In this document: positions 52,169 to 62,400 of the stretch, one piece after another
Numbering within the stretch: the stretch's first letter is position 1
Layout: each line of letters begins with the position of its first letter
Assembly (NCBI GenBank): GCA_964399195.1
Contig: CAYNPY010000009.1
Span: 1,758-65,325 of the forward strand
DNA: 63,568 nt
Source of the DNA: an uncultured Fibrobacteraceae bacterium
Lineage (GTDB): Bacteria; Krumholzibacteriota; Krumholzibacteriia; LZORAL124-64-63
Direction of reading: 5' to 3'
Notes under the pieces: generated by a model
Database searches by the model: none
The model's input: the letters and a program-made list of their open reading frames with translations, nothing else
What the model was told of the DNA's origin: nothing
Translations under genes and position numbers: made by a program

Positions 52169-54600
52169 TCGGCGCTCACCGTGCGCACGGCGCGGAACCC
52201 GACGGTGTCGTCGGCCGAGTCCGGATAGCGCGCGGCCCGCGCCGCGCCGCGGCAGTCCTCGCTGCCGCCGTACCAGCTGCCGCCGCGCACGACGCGCTGC
52301 GTGCCCGTCGGCGGCCCGGCCGGGTCCAGGACGACGCCGTCGCCGTCGGGGTCCAGCAGGCGGTAGTCGCCGTACCAGTCCCAGCACCACTCGGCCACGT
52401 TGCCGGCCAGGTCCGACAGGCCCCACGGGTTGGCCGCCTTCAGGCCGCCGGCGCGCGTGCCGGGCACCTCCCCGCCGGTGAAGCTGCCGCAGTACCAGGC
52501 CGCCGGCGCCAGCGCCGGGTCGACGTTGCACACCCGCGCCGTCAGGTCCCCGGCGACGAAGGCCGTCGTGGTCCCGGCGCGCGCCAGCCACTCCCACTCG
52601 GCCTCGGTCGGCAGGCGCCAGCCGTCGGCCGCGCGGTCCCAGGCGACCTCGCTGCCCGCAACCTGGTAGGCCGGCGTCAGCCCTTCGGCGACGGACTGCG
52701 CGTTGCACCAGGCGATCGCCTGCAGCCAGGTGACCGTCTCCACGGGCAGCGCGCCGCCCGCGAAGCGGGACGGCGACCCCAGTCCGCGCGCGGCGTACTC
52801 GTCCTGCGTGACCTCCAGGTCGCGCCAGATGAGGCTGTCGCTGAGCACGACGGTGTGCTGCCACTCGTCGGCGTCGCGGCCGGCCTCTCCCGGCGGGCTG
52901 CCCATCGTCAGCACGTGGCGGCCGACCGTCGGTCCCGCCGCCGGCGCGGTCTGCGCCACGGCCACGCCGGGATCGGCCACCGCGAAGCGCAGGTGCCATG
53001 TGTGCTCGCCGGCCGGCAGCGTCGTCTGGTAGCGGTACTCCGTCGTGCCGCCGCTCGACGCGAGCGGCGTCATCGCCTGCGCCACGCCGTCGATGACCAC
53101 CTCGTGCACGGTCGGCGCCTCGGCGAAGACGTAGCTCACCGTCCAGGTGAAGAGCGTGGCGGGCGTCCCCGCCCGGCGGTCGAGCCGCGGGTCCAGCAGA
53201 AGGATGCCCTCGCCCGCCGCAGCCCACGCATCCGCGGACAGCGCCGACAGGTTGCCCGCGTCGTCGCGCAACCGGACGGCGAAGTGCCAGTCCGTGCCGG
53301 CGGCGAGCCCGCCGACGACCAGGGTGGCCGGCGTGCCCGGCTCGCCCGGAGCGGCGACGCCCGGCACGGGCGTTGCCGCGGCCCAGGCCGCCTCGTCGCC
53401 GATCGGCGCCGCGGCGTAGCGCACCTCGGTGGCCTCGGCGCGCCCTTCCCAACGGTCGTCGCCGCTGTCGAGCCACTGCAGGCGCACCGCTCCGGCGCCG
53501 AAGGGCGTCGCCGCCACCGCCGCCACCGCGCCGGGCGCCGTGACATCGCGCGCGGACCGGTCCGAAGCCAGCACGAGCAGTCCCTGGTCCCGGTCCACGA
53601 CCAGCAGCAGGCCCTCGTGCGAGAAGCACAGGTCCATCGCGTACCTGGTCAGGATGCGCCCCAGGAACACGGGCGCGCGCGGGTTGCTCACGTCGACGAA
53701 GTGCAGCCCCGCGCCCTGCGCCGCCAGCACGGCGATGCCGTCGCGCACGGCGATGGCCCGGCAGGTGCCCTCGAGCGGCAGTTGCGCCACGCGGACGGGC
53801 TCCGCGCCTCCGTCGATCGCATAGACCGCCAGGCCCGGCGCGCCATCGGCGACGAACGCGTAATCGCCCTCCAGCTCCACGTCCAGGGCCTCGCCCGGAC
53901 TGTCGGCCCAGGCCACGACGCGCATGACTCCCAGCGCCAGGATGCGGGCGTCGACCACCGCGAGGCCCATTTCGTCGTCCGCGACGTAGCACCAGCCGTC
54001 GCGCACGGCCACGCTCTCGGCGTAGCCGTTGGTCCCGGCGAAGACGCCGTCATAGGCCAGAATGCCCGGCTGTGCCGGCAGCGACCGGAACACGCGCACG
54101 CCCTTCCAGCTCTCGGCCAGATAGGCGGTGTAGGCCGCGGCCGGGTCTTCCGGCTGCACGATGCAGATCCGGTTGCCGAAAACGGCGGTCGTATTGCTGT
54201 TGAAGGCCTGGATCGCCGCCGGATCGGTGCCGTCGTAGGAGGTGACTCCTTCCGTGCCCTCGACCACCAGCACGATGTCCCGCAGCCGGCCGTCGAAGAG
54301 CGTGCGCACGGCCCCGACGCTCTCGCTGTACTTGAGCGTGTTGACCGTCTGCAGGAGGACCGGCGCGTACGGATCGCTGAAGTCGATGGCATGGAGCCCG
54401 GCCTGGCCGCCGGCCACGAACGCGGTGCGGCCGATGGTGACCACGTCCTCGTTCTGGCTGGGCAGCGGCACGCTGCCGACGATGGCGAACGGCGCGCCCG
54501 GCGTCTCGTAGAGGTCCTGCTGGGCGCAGCCGCCGGGCAGCAGGCACAGGGCCGCGGCCAGGGCGGGAAGAAGCAGCCGGTGTCCGGGACGCGCGATCAT
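52165..54600 (-). CDS. Lipoprotein: LVIVD beta-propeller + FN3-like + Ig-like + C-terminal FGE/SUMF1-fold domain
   Basis: Lipobox LLPGGC; LVIVD-like repeats (YAFVADG..GL.V.); FGE-fold motifs EVTQ, PVETVTW, WRLPTEAEWE, NPWGL.D..GNVAEW, RGGSW, GFR. ATG 54600 with GAGGAG RBS. Confidence 0.82.
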   Translation of the reverse strand: MIARPGHRLLLPALAAALCLLPGGCAQQDLYETPGAPFAIVGSVPLPSQNEDVVTIGRTAFVAGGQAGLHAIDFSDPYAPVLLQTVNTLKYSESVGAVRTLFDGRLRDIVLVVEGTEGVTSYDGTDPAAIQAFNSNTTAVFGNRICIVQPEDPAAAYTAYLAESWKGVRVFRSLPAQPGILAYDGVFAGTNGYAESVAVRDGWCYVADDEMGLAVVDARILALGVMRVVAWADSPGEALDVELEGDYAFVADGAPGLAVYAIDGGAEPVRVAQLPLEGTCRAIAVRDGIAVLAAQGAGLHFVDVSNPRAPVFLGRILTRYAMDLCFSHEGLLLVVDRDQGLLVLASDRSARDVTAPGAVAAVAATPFGAGAVRLQWLDSGDDRWEGRAEATEVRYAAAPIGDEAAWAAATPVPGVAAPGEPGTPATLVVGGLAAGTDWHFAVRLRDDAGNLSALSADAWAAAGEGILLLDPRLDRRAGTPATLFTWTVSYVFAEAPTVHEVVIDGVAQAMTPLASSGGTTEYRYQTTLPAGEHTWHLRFAVADPGVAVAQTAPAAGPTVGRHVLTMGSPPGEAGRDADEWQHTVVLSDSLIWRDLEVTQDEYAARGLGSPSRFAGGALPVETVTWLQAIAWCNAQSVAEGLTPAYQVAGSEVAWDRAADGWRLPTEAEWEWLARAGTTTAFVAGDLTARVCNVDPALAPAAWYCGSFTGGEVPGTRAGGLKAANPWGLSDLAGNVAEWCWDWYGDYRLLDPDGDGVVLDPAGPPTGTQRVVRGGSWYGGSEDCRGAARAARYPDSADDTVGFRAVRTVSAE

Positions 54601-54628
54601 CTGCACTCCTCGCGATCGATGGGCCGGG

Positions 54629-55837
54629 TCAGAACCGGTAGGCCAGGTCGACCCACGTCTGCCACTGCACGAATGCCTTGTCCGTCGCCAGGTCGCCCTC
54701 CCAGGGCGACTCGACGGTCCGGGACGAGCGGCGGGTCGCCACGCGCAGCGTGACGTCCCGGCTCAGCTTGCGTTCCAGCTCCAGGGTGTACTTGTAGTTC
54801 AGGTCGCGGCGCCCCACGTGGTAAGGGTCGTCCACGAGCGGCCCCTGCGCCGTGTAGTAGTAGTCCATGAACAGGAACGTCAGGCCGATCCCGTCGACGT
54901 AGCGGGCCAGTTGGGGCAGGGTCAGGTCGACGCCCAGCCGGTAGAGGTCCCGTTCGTAGGACGGGTCGCTGTTGTCCGAGTTCCCCGGCACTTCGCCGAC
55001 CTGGTCGATGCCGCGGCCGTTGCCGTCCTCGTAGCTGTAGTCGCCGCTGAGCGAGACCGCCGGGCTGACGGTCCACGAGAGGCTGCCGCGCAGTTCCCAG
55101 GCCGCGATGTCGTTCTCCATGAACTCCCGGTTGTAGTAGCGGAAATTCCGCTCGAAGACGAGCGTCGCCGACACCTTTCGCGACACGGTCTGCCGCCAGG
55201 TCAGGTTCCAGATGTTCCGCTGGAAGCGGAAAGCTTCCCAGGCGAGCGGCGTCGCGGGGTCGACCAGCGGCGAGCGGTCCGACAGGTGACGGATGTACTG
55301 GAATGGGGAGGCGTGCAGGTAAAGTTCCAGACTCTGCCGCCGGCCGACGTATTGGCGCAGGAAGAAGTCGAGGTCGGTGTTCGTCTTGATCGGGTTGTTG
55401 GCGTACATCCACCGCTTCGCGCGCACGCGCACGCGCGTCTGCCCCAGCGCGAAGAGGTCGCGCCGCGCCTCCAGGTCCAGCCCCGGGGCGACGACCAGGT
55501 CGTCCGTCGACTGGTGCGCGAACTTGAACGGATAGCTGCCGCTCTCGAAGGCGTCGATGTCGTCCGTGCTCGCGCCCAGGACGTTGTCGTTGTAGATGAG
55601 GCTCACCGTGGCGGCCCCGCGCACGTCCCAGCCGGCCGGCTTGGGCGCCGCCTTCGGCTTGGCGGCGGCCCGCTTGCGGGCGGCCGGGGCGGCTGCCGCC
55701 GGGGTCGCCGTCGTGTCGGCCGGCGCGGTGTCGGCCAGGGTCGGAACGGCAAGGCCGAGGATCGCGCCCAGCGCAAGCGCCGGCCTCAGCATCGGCGCCC
55801 GCGCACCGCGGTGGAGTCGACGCCCGGACGGCCTCAT
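54629..55837 (-). CDS. Putative outer-membrane beta-barrel protein
   Basis: Signal peptide, Ala/Pro linker, alternating amphipathic strands, terminal beta-signal WVDLAYRF. Start at 55837 (ATGA-coupled to pgsW) or 55792. Confidence 0.68.
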   Translation of the reverse strand: MRPSGRRLHRGARAPMLRPALALGAILGLAVPTLADTAPADTTATPAAAAPAARKRAAAKPKAAPKPAGWDVRGAATVSLIYNDNVLGASTDDIDAFESGSYPFKFAHQSTDDLVVAPGLDLEARRDLFALGQTRVRVRAKRWMYANNPIKTNTDLDFFLRQYVGRRQSLELYLHASPFQYIRHLSDRSPLVDPATPLAWEAFRFQRNIWNLTWRQTVSRKVSATLVFERNFRYYNREFMENDIAAWELRGSLSWTVSPAVSLSGDYSYEDGNGRGIDQVGEVPGNSDNSDPSYERDLYRLGVDLTLPQLARYVDGIGLTFLFMDYYYTAQGPLVDDPYHVGRRDLNYKYTLELERKLSRDVTLRVATRRSSRTVESPWEGDLATDKAFVQWQTWVDLAYRF

Positions 55838-57849
55838 CGCCGCACCTCGAGGTCCCCGACCGGAATCTGGAACTGCGCCGCGATGCCGCACCCGTCCGGG
55901 CGGAGGCAGCGCAGTTCGTAGCGGTGGCGGCCGGCCGGCACCTCCACCCGCACGCGGTGGCGCGTCCCGGGCAGCAGGTGCGGCGTTTCCACCCAGACGG
56001 CGCCCGCCAGCTTCTCCGCCGTCACGTGGTAGGTGCGGCGATCGACCCCATCGCGCGTCAGTTCCAGCGTGACGTCCTGCGTGCCGTTCATCGTCACGTC
56101 GAAGTCGATCCGCGTGTGGATCTGCAGCGAGGTCGGACCCGTCACGTCCAGGACGAGCGGCCGGGCCGGCGCCGGCCGGTAGTACGTGCTCTGGGCGCCG
56201 CTGTCGAACTGGAGCGTCGCCACCGAGCCGTACGAGGCGGGCGTCAGCGGCGCGCGCCCGGTGCCCCGCCGCTTGACCTCGCCGAACAGGCGGCCGGCCA
56301 CCAGCCCGCCGGAGGGGGCGCGGCCCGCCAGCTCGACGCGGTGCACGCCGGGGCCGACGTCGAAATAGGTCCGGCGCAGGGCGCTGACCTGGGCGCCGTC
56401 GCAGGCGGTCGCGGCCTCGTCCGCCGTCAGCGCCAGCGTGCGCGTCTCGGCCACGACGCCGTCGATGCGCACGGACAGCTCGTAGCGTCCACCAGCCGCG
56501 CCCGCGCCCGGGAAGCCGCGGGTCAGCAGCTTGTAGCGCCGCGGCCCGGTCAGCTCGAACGTCGCGCCGCGCCCGTCCGGCAGCACGACGTACGTGACGT
56601 CGCGCCCGTCCGTGCGCACGCAGGCGGAGCCGCCGCCCGCGAGCGGTCGGACCTCGCGCCACGACGTCACCGCGGCGTTCGCGGGCACCGCCGCCAACGC
56701 CGGCGCCAGCGCCAGGAGGACCCACAGCGCGGCCACGGTCCCGGGCTTACGGTTCAGCCGGTCGAACAGGCCCGCCCGGACCTCCGGCGCCAGGATCAGC
56801 ACGCAGGCCAGCGAATAGACGACCAGCATCGCCGCGGCCAGCGGCAGGCTGTACATCTGCCGCTCGAACAGGGGCCCCTCGCCCGGCTGCGGCAGGAAAT
56901 CAGGCGCCACGGGCAGGCCGTTGTCCTCAGCCAGGCGCGTCACGTTCAGCAGGTGCACCACGGGCACGCCCTGCTCGGCGAAGAGCACCATCGTCCCCTT
57001 GCGGGCCCAGTTGTGCTCGCCCAGATCGAAGCTCAGACCCGACGGCACCAGGAGCCGGTTGTGGCTGCTGCCCAGGCTGGCCACGCCGCCGCCCACGTTC
57101 ACGCTCAGCTTGTAGGCGTGCCCGCGCTGGGCCTCGGCCCAGAACGACATGCGGCGCGTGATGGCCTCCTCGATGTTGTCCGCCTCGAGCAAGGGCACGC
57201 CGTGCCGGGCGGCGGCCGCCTCGATCAGGCGCCTGCCCTCGGGGCTCAGGCCGCGCCCCATGTCGTTGCCGCCGCCGTGGGTGGCCGCGGCGCTGCGCGT
57301 GGTGAAGATGCCCGCCTGCAGCAACACCGCCTCCATGTCCAGCCAGGTGAACTGCGGGTCGTTGGCCCCCCACATCGAGGCGCCGATCGACGTGATCACG
57401 ACCGGCCGCAGCTTCATCGTCTCCACGGCCGCGTACAGGGCCACGTTCAGCGCCGGGAACGAGCCGCTGACCGCGACGGCGACAGGGTCGCCCGCCTTGA
57501 GCCCGGCTTGGCGGAAATACTGCACGAGCAGGGCGGCGAAGTTCGGATTGACGCTGGTGAGCTTGGACTCGAGGTCGCCGCGCGCATTCGTGATCAAGCT
57601 GAACTCGGGTCCGATCAGTCCGGTGCCGGCGGGGTCGTTGACCAGGTCGAGGTGACCCTCGTGCAGTCCGCGTTCGACACGCAGCGCCGCGAACGCCCTG
57701 GCGGCCAGGCGGGACGCCTCCAGCTTCAGTTCGTAGTCCCGCTGGCGCACCGGCACGCGCGCGTACTCGAGCAACGCCTGCATGAGCAGCGCCGCCACGG
57801 CCAGGCCCAGCAGGATCAGCTGCCGCCGCCTATCCAACCGCCAGCTCAA
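55834..57849 (-). CDS. pgsW: PgsW-type poly-gamma-glutamate system protein fused to a C-terminal duplicated beta-sandwich exported domain
   Basis: DPAGTGLIGPEFS.IT..RG.LESK.TS.NPNFAA, AVSGSFPALN, SIGASMWGAN, VNVGG, PVVHLLN; a second hydrophobic segment and about 280 aa extension follow. Confidence 0.8.
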   Translation of the reverse strand: MSWRLDRRRQLILLGLAVAALLMQALLEYARVPVRQRDYELKLEASRLAARAFAALRVERGLHEGHLDLVNDPAGTGLIGPEFSLITNARGDLESKLTSVNPNFAALLVQYFRQAGLKAGDPVAVAVSGSFPALNVALYAAVETMKLRPVVITSIGASMWGANDPQFTWLDMEAVLLQAGIFTTRSAAATHGGGNDMGRGLSPEGRRLIEAAAARHGVPLLEADNIEEAITRRMSFWAEAQRGHAYKLSVNVGGGVASLGSSHNRLLVPSGLSFDLGEHNWARKGTMVLFAEQGVPVVHLLNVTRLAEDNGLPVAPDFLPQPGEGPLFERQMYSLPLAAAMLVVYSLACVLILAPEVRAGLFDRLNRKPGTVAALWVLLALAPALAAVPANAAVTSWREVRPLAGGGSACVRTDGRDVTYVVLPDGRGATFELTGPRRYKLLTRGFPGAGAAGGRYELSVRIDGVVAETRTLALTADEAATACDGAQVSALRRTYFDVGPGVHRVELAGRAPSGGLVAGRLFGEVKRRGTGRAPLTPASYGSVATLQFDSGAQSTYYRPAPARPLVLDVTGPTSLQIHTRIDFDVTMNGTQDVTLELTRDGVDRRTYHVTAEKLAGAVWVETPHLLPGTRHRVRVEVPAGRHRYELRCLRPDGCGIAAQFQIPVGDLEVRR

Positions 57850-58303
57850 TGAGCCTCCCTCCGTGCGCCACGACCAGCCCCAGGCGCACGATGAACGCCG
57901 CCACGGTCATCGTGCAGATGGTCTCGACGATCCCCTGTCGCAGCATCCAGTAGGCGATGAGCCCGGGGATGATGTAACCGATGGCCTGCAACACGGCGGC
58001 GTCGACGCCCAGGCCGGCGGCCGCATTGAACACCTTCAGGTAGCGCGTCAGGTAGCCGAACAGGTAGCCCGCCAGCACGCAGAACACCATCGTGCGCCGC
58101 CCGTAGAGCAGCACGAAGCGCCCGATCAGCTTCACCACGCCGTACGTGACCAGCGCCGCCAGCAGCGTGCCGATGATGCGCAGCGGCTGGTCCAGGTAGA
58201 GCGCGATGTACCCCGGCACCACGAGTCCCCCGGCCGCCAGGCCCAGGATCTCGCTGAAGACGAGGCTGACGACCAGCCCCAGCCCGATGCTCTGGAAGAT
58301 CAC
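57830..58303 (-). CDS. pgsC: Poly-gamma-glutamate biosynthesis protein PgsC/CapC
   Basis: IGLGLVVSLVFSE..GLAAGGLVVPGYIALY, LYGRR, IGYIIPGLIA. GTGA overlap with pgsB. Confidence 0.92.
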   Translation of the reverse strand: MIFQSIGLGLVVSLVFSEILGLAAGGLVVPGYIALYLDQPLRIIGTLLAALVTYGVVKLIGRFVLLYGRRTMVFCVLAGYLFGYLTRYLKVFNAAAGLGVDAAVLQAIGYIIPGLIAYWMLRQGIVETICTMTVAAFIVRLGLVVAHGGRLIELAVG

Positions 58304-59466
58304 GCCGCCCCGCTCCTTGCCCGCAGGTGTTCCAGCAGCGCGTGACCGATGCCGGCTATGTTCCCCACGCCCACCACCATCCCCCCGTCGGGGACCCTTG
58401 CGATCAGTTCGCGCCAGAGCGCCGCGGCGTCCAGCCGGCTCAGATCGCTGATCGTCTCGCGCGGCAGGCCCTGCCGCAGGAGCATGTCGACGAACACCGC
58501 AGTGCCGGTGCCGATCACGGCGTAGTGCGCGGCCGGCAGCTCGCGGCCGAACAGGGGCGCCAGGTCCTTGCTCCGCCGCTGGCGATCGCCGCGGTTGTTC
58601 ATCAGCAGCACGACGCGCGACCAGTCGCGCTGCAGCCCGAACCGCTCCCAGATCCGCACGTAGCTGACCGGGTCGTTCGCCGCGAACGCGTTGACGAACT
58701 CCACGCGCTTGCCCGACTCGAGCAGCGGCCAGCGGGTCAGGGCGCCCACGTCGGGCGTCACGCCGTACATCCCCGCCAGCGCCGCCGCGCGTTCGACGCC
58801 CGCGTCCAGGCACACGGCCAGGGCCAGGGCCACGTTGTCGGCGAACTCCTCGTAGGCGAAGCCGGCCATCTCCTGCTCGGTGACGTCGCCGGCGCGGCAG
58901 AGCCGGAACGTCGAGCCCTGTCGGCGCGCCACGCCCTCGAGATAGCCCGCGTAGGCCTCCTCGGCGGTGAACAGCTTCGCCCGGCGCGGCACGGTGCCCG
59001 CCAGGCTGGCGGCCACGTCGTCCAGCGTCGGCCCCATCACCTCGAGGTGGTCCGGCCGCACGTTCGTGATGACGCCGTGCGTGGCGCGGACGATGGAGTG
59101 TTCGCACGTCCGCTGCAAGTCCGGCCTGACGGCCATGCACTCGAGCACCAGGGCGTCGCAGCGCTCGCCCGCCGCCGCCCGCATGACCGCCAGCTGCTCC
59201 CGGATGTTGGGGCCGCCCCGACGCCGGATCGGCGTCTCGCGGCCGTCCACGTGCACCAGCGCCGCGGCGCTGCCGGTGGTCTTGGCCACCACGCGCAGGC
59301 CGCCGCCGCGCAGCCCCGCCCCGATCAGCCGCGCCACCGACGATTTGCCCCGCGTGCCGTTGACGTGCACGCGCACGGGGATGCGCCGGCGATGACGGTC
59401 GTGGCGCCAGGTCTCCCAGGCGCCCAGGGCCGTGAGCAGGCCCAGCAGCAGGGCGATCAGCTTCAT
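58300..59466 (-). CDS. pgsB: Poly-gamma-glutamate synthase PgsB/CapB (Mur-ligase superfamily)
   Basis: RVHVNGTRGKSSV, AKTTGS, NIREQ, LECMAV.P.LQ, ITNVRPDHLEVMGPT, NAFAANDP, GVGNI.G.G. Confidence 0.93.
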   Translation of the reverse strand: MKLIALLLGLLTALGAWETWRHDRHRRRIPVRVHVNGTRGKSSVARLIGAGLRGGGLRVVAKTTGSAAALVHVDGRETPIRRRGGPNIREQLAVMRAAAGERCDALVLECMAVRPDLQRTCEHSIVRATHGVITNVRPDHLEVMGPTLDDVAASLAGTVPRRAKLFTAEEAYAGYLEGVARRQGSTFRLCRAGDVTEQEMAGFAYEEFADNVALALAVCLDAGVERAAALAGMYGVTPDVGALTRWPLLESGKRVEFVNAFAANDPVSYVRIWERFGLQRDWSRVVLLMNNRGDRQRRSKDLAPLFGRELPAAHYAVIGTGTAVFVDMLLRQGLPRETISDLSRLDAAALWRELIARVPDGGMVVGVGNIAGIGHALLEHLRARSGAA

Positions 59467-59482
59467 GCCGGGCGGCCGCCTC

Positions 59483-62400
59483 TCAGCGCACGAGGGTCAG
59501 CTTGGCGGTCGCGACGCCGTCCGCCGATTCCAGCCGCCCGAAATACAGTCCGCCGCCGAGCGGCCGCCCGTCGTCGTCGCGGCCGTCCCAGAGCCGGCGC
59601 CCCTCGCCGCCGGTCAGCGGTCCGTCCGCCAGCGTCCGCACCAGGCGTCCCGCCACGTCGTACACGCGCAGGCGGGCGTGGCCGTCCCGCGGCAGGGCGA
59701 ACGCCAGTTCGATGGCGCCGCGCGCCGGATTGGCGCCCACCGTCCGCAGGAAGAAGCGCGCGCCGCCCTGGCCGCCGATGGCGACCTCGCCGGGACGGCT
59801 CTCGGTCTGCCAGGGATGCAGCGCGACCAAGGCGTAGCGGGCCGCCGGGTCGGCCGACGGCGCGGCGTCGGTGAAGGCGCGCGCCTCGGCCGGCAGCGGC
59901 TCGGCCGTCAGCCGCAGGCTGCCCGCGGCGTCCAGGCGCTCGACGTGCCAGCCCAGCACCGGCCGCTCGTCGGCGGGCCGCCAGGCCAGCCGCACGGCCG
60001 GGCCGAGCGGCTCGGCGCTGAAGGCGGCCAGGGCGAACGGCACGCGCACCGGCGGCGCCGTGGTCACGCGGACGGCCAGGCCCGACTGCAGCGGGGCCAT
60101 TCCGGCCGCGTAGTGGTTGTCATAGGTGAGCTGGAGGCCGTCGAGGCCGTCCGGCGATTCCCAGCCCGCCGTGGCGTACATGCGCAGGTGGTCGTTGTTC
60201 GAGACATGCTTGTAGAGGAACAGCATCTCGCCGTTGCCGTCCGGCCCGACGCGGCGCGCCGGATCCAGCAGCACGAGCTGGAACGTCTGCAGCCCGAGCA
60301 CCTCGGGCTGGTAGTTGGGCAACCGGCTCCACTCGATGATGAAGCGGCCGCCGGCCGCGTCGTGCCAGGCGTAGATGCCATCGGGCGGCAGGCCGTTCGG
60401 CAGCTGTGCGCCCGACGCCGGCGTCTCCGGGTTCAGGTTGTCCCAGAACGGCGCCACCAGCGCGTTGTTGCCGTGCGTCGACGGCAGTGTCCAGTTGTAG
60501 AAGTCGTAGCGGTTGGACAGGTCGAACGACACCCAGCCGTTGTCGCAGACGCGCAGTCGCGTGTAGTCCTGCCCGAAGTAGCGGAACGCGAACGGCAGGT
60601 CCACCAGCACCGACGTGGCCAGGTTGTCGGGCACCGCGAAGTTCAGCTTCGTGCCCGGGCCGCCCAGCAACGTGGAGATCTCGGTCCAGGCGTACTGCGG
60701 GCGCGCGGCGGGGTAGTCCAGGTCGGCGCTGTCGTAGGCGTAGTAGCCGTGCGCGTCCGGACCGGTGGGCGCGGTGACGTCCACCCGGCCGATCACGGCC
60801 GCGCAGGTGGACTCGCGCCGCCAGCCCTCGGCCGTCGTGATGGTGACCGTGAAGTTCAGGGCCGTCCCCACCGCGGCCTCGGCCGGCACCGCGATCGACA
60901 GGCCGTCGCCGGTGCCGACCGTCGCGCCCGGCGCGCAGGGGCCGAAGGCCGCGCCGGCGCCCGCCAGCGCGGCGCCGGACCCGTCGGCCAGCGCCAGGGC
61001 GACGGTCCCGCCCGCGGTCGCCAGCGAGCCGTCGTTGCGCAGCGTCAGCACCAGCGGCGTCGTCTGCCCCGGCTCGACGTGACCGGCCGCCGCGTCCAGC
61101 GCCAGCGGCTGCAGACGCGCGGCCGCCACCGTGAACGACCACGCCGAGACATCGACGGCCCCGCCGCCGCGGTCGGCGGCCAGGCGCAGGGTCACCGTCG
61201 CCCCGTCCTCCGCGTCGTCGGCCACGGCCACCGTCAGCGGGGTCTGCGCCGGGGCCTCGAGCCCGGCCGCGAGCGCCGCGAACGAGGCCGTCCCCGCCGC
61301 CTGCGCCGGCCCCTCCACCGCCACGGCCGTCACCGCGAAGGCGTCGCTGCCGGCCGTGCCGCGGTTGGCCATGCGCAGCGTGACGTCCAGCGTCTCGCCG
61401 GGATTGGGCACGCCCTCGGCGCCGTCGGCGACCGTCGCCGACACGGCGGCCACGAACACGGCCGCCGCGGCGGTCGGCACCGTCGTCTCGACCGGCGCCA
61501 CGCCGGCTCCCGTCACCGCGACGACCACCGGCGCGCCCGCGCCCACCGGCGCCAGTTCGAGCCGGGCCACGCCGGCCGCGTCGGTGCGGCCGCTGCCGAG
61601 CAGCGCGCCGCCCTGCGTCACGCCCACGCGCGCGCCGGCCACGGGCTGGCCGCCGCCGGCCGGCAGGACGGTCACCGTGATGTCGTTGCCGCCGACCGGC
61701 AGCGATGCGGGCGCCTCCACCAGAATCGGAACCGGCGCGCCGCGCCAGTACTCCAGCGCGGGATCGCCCAGCAGGTTGTAGATGTGGAAGTAGAACTCGA
61801 CCGACTCCTCGCCGTTGCCGGCGGCGTCCACCTCGTTCGGGAAGTAGTCCAGGAAGCGCAGCTTGCCCGCGTTGAGCAGTGCGCCCAGGTCGGTCAGGCC
61901 GCTCTCGACGATGCGCTCGAACACGGCGATCGCCATGGCGTCGTTGTAGCGGGTGTGCGACCAGTGCTCGCCGTTGCCGATGAAGGCCACGGCGCCCTTG
62001 CCCGGCGCCTCGGGCGTGCCCTGGCGGAGGAAGGCCTCGCCGAAGCAGGGCGGGCTGGAGGTGTAGTCGCCCGTCAGGCAGACGAAGCTCATCACCACCG
62101 GCAGCTTCCAGCCGTTGTTCAGCGCGGGGATGTCGTTGACCGTGTAGCTGGGCGGGTCCCAGCCGCCGGTGCCGTAGGCCCAGCCGCGGTAGACCACCAT
62201 CGAGGCGCCCGCATCGATGTTCTGCTTGATCAGCTGCGTCCCCAGCAGCGGCGGCAGCGGCACCGGCGAGGTGATGGCGGTCGCGGGCCCGAAGCCGATG
62301 GCCTGCAGCTGGCGGCCGCAGTAGGCCACCGTGTGCGGCGGCGTCGTGGAGCCCGTCAGGCCGGCGACCATCAGCGACTTCGTGAACCAGGCGGTCTCCG

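Noticed and set aside
52165-52300. Diversity-generating retroelement target (FGE/CLec fold with a C-terminal RGGSW...GFR region)
   Set aside because: I found no second near-identical template repeat, reverse transcriptase or avd gene in the window. NNC codon richness is expected at this GC content. A remote template cannot be excluded without a genome search.
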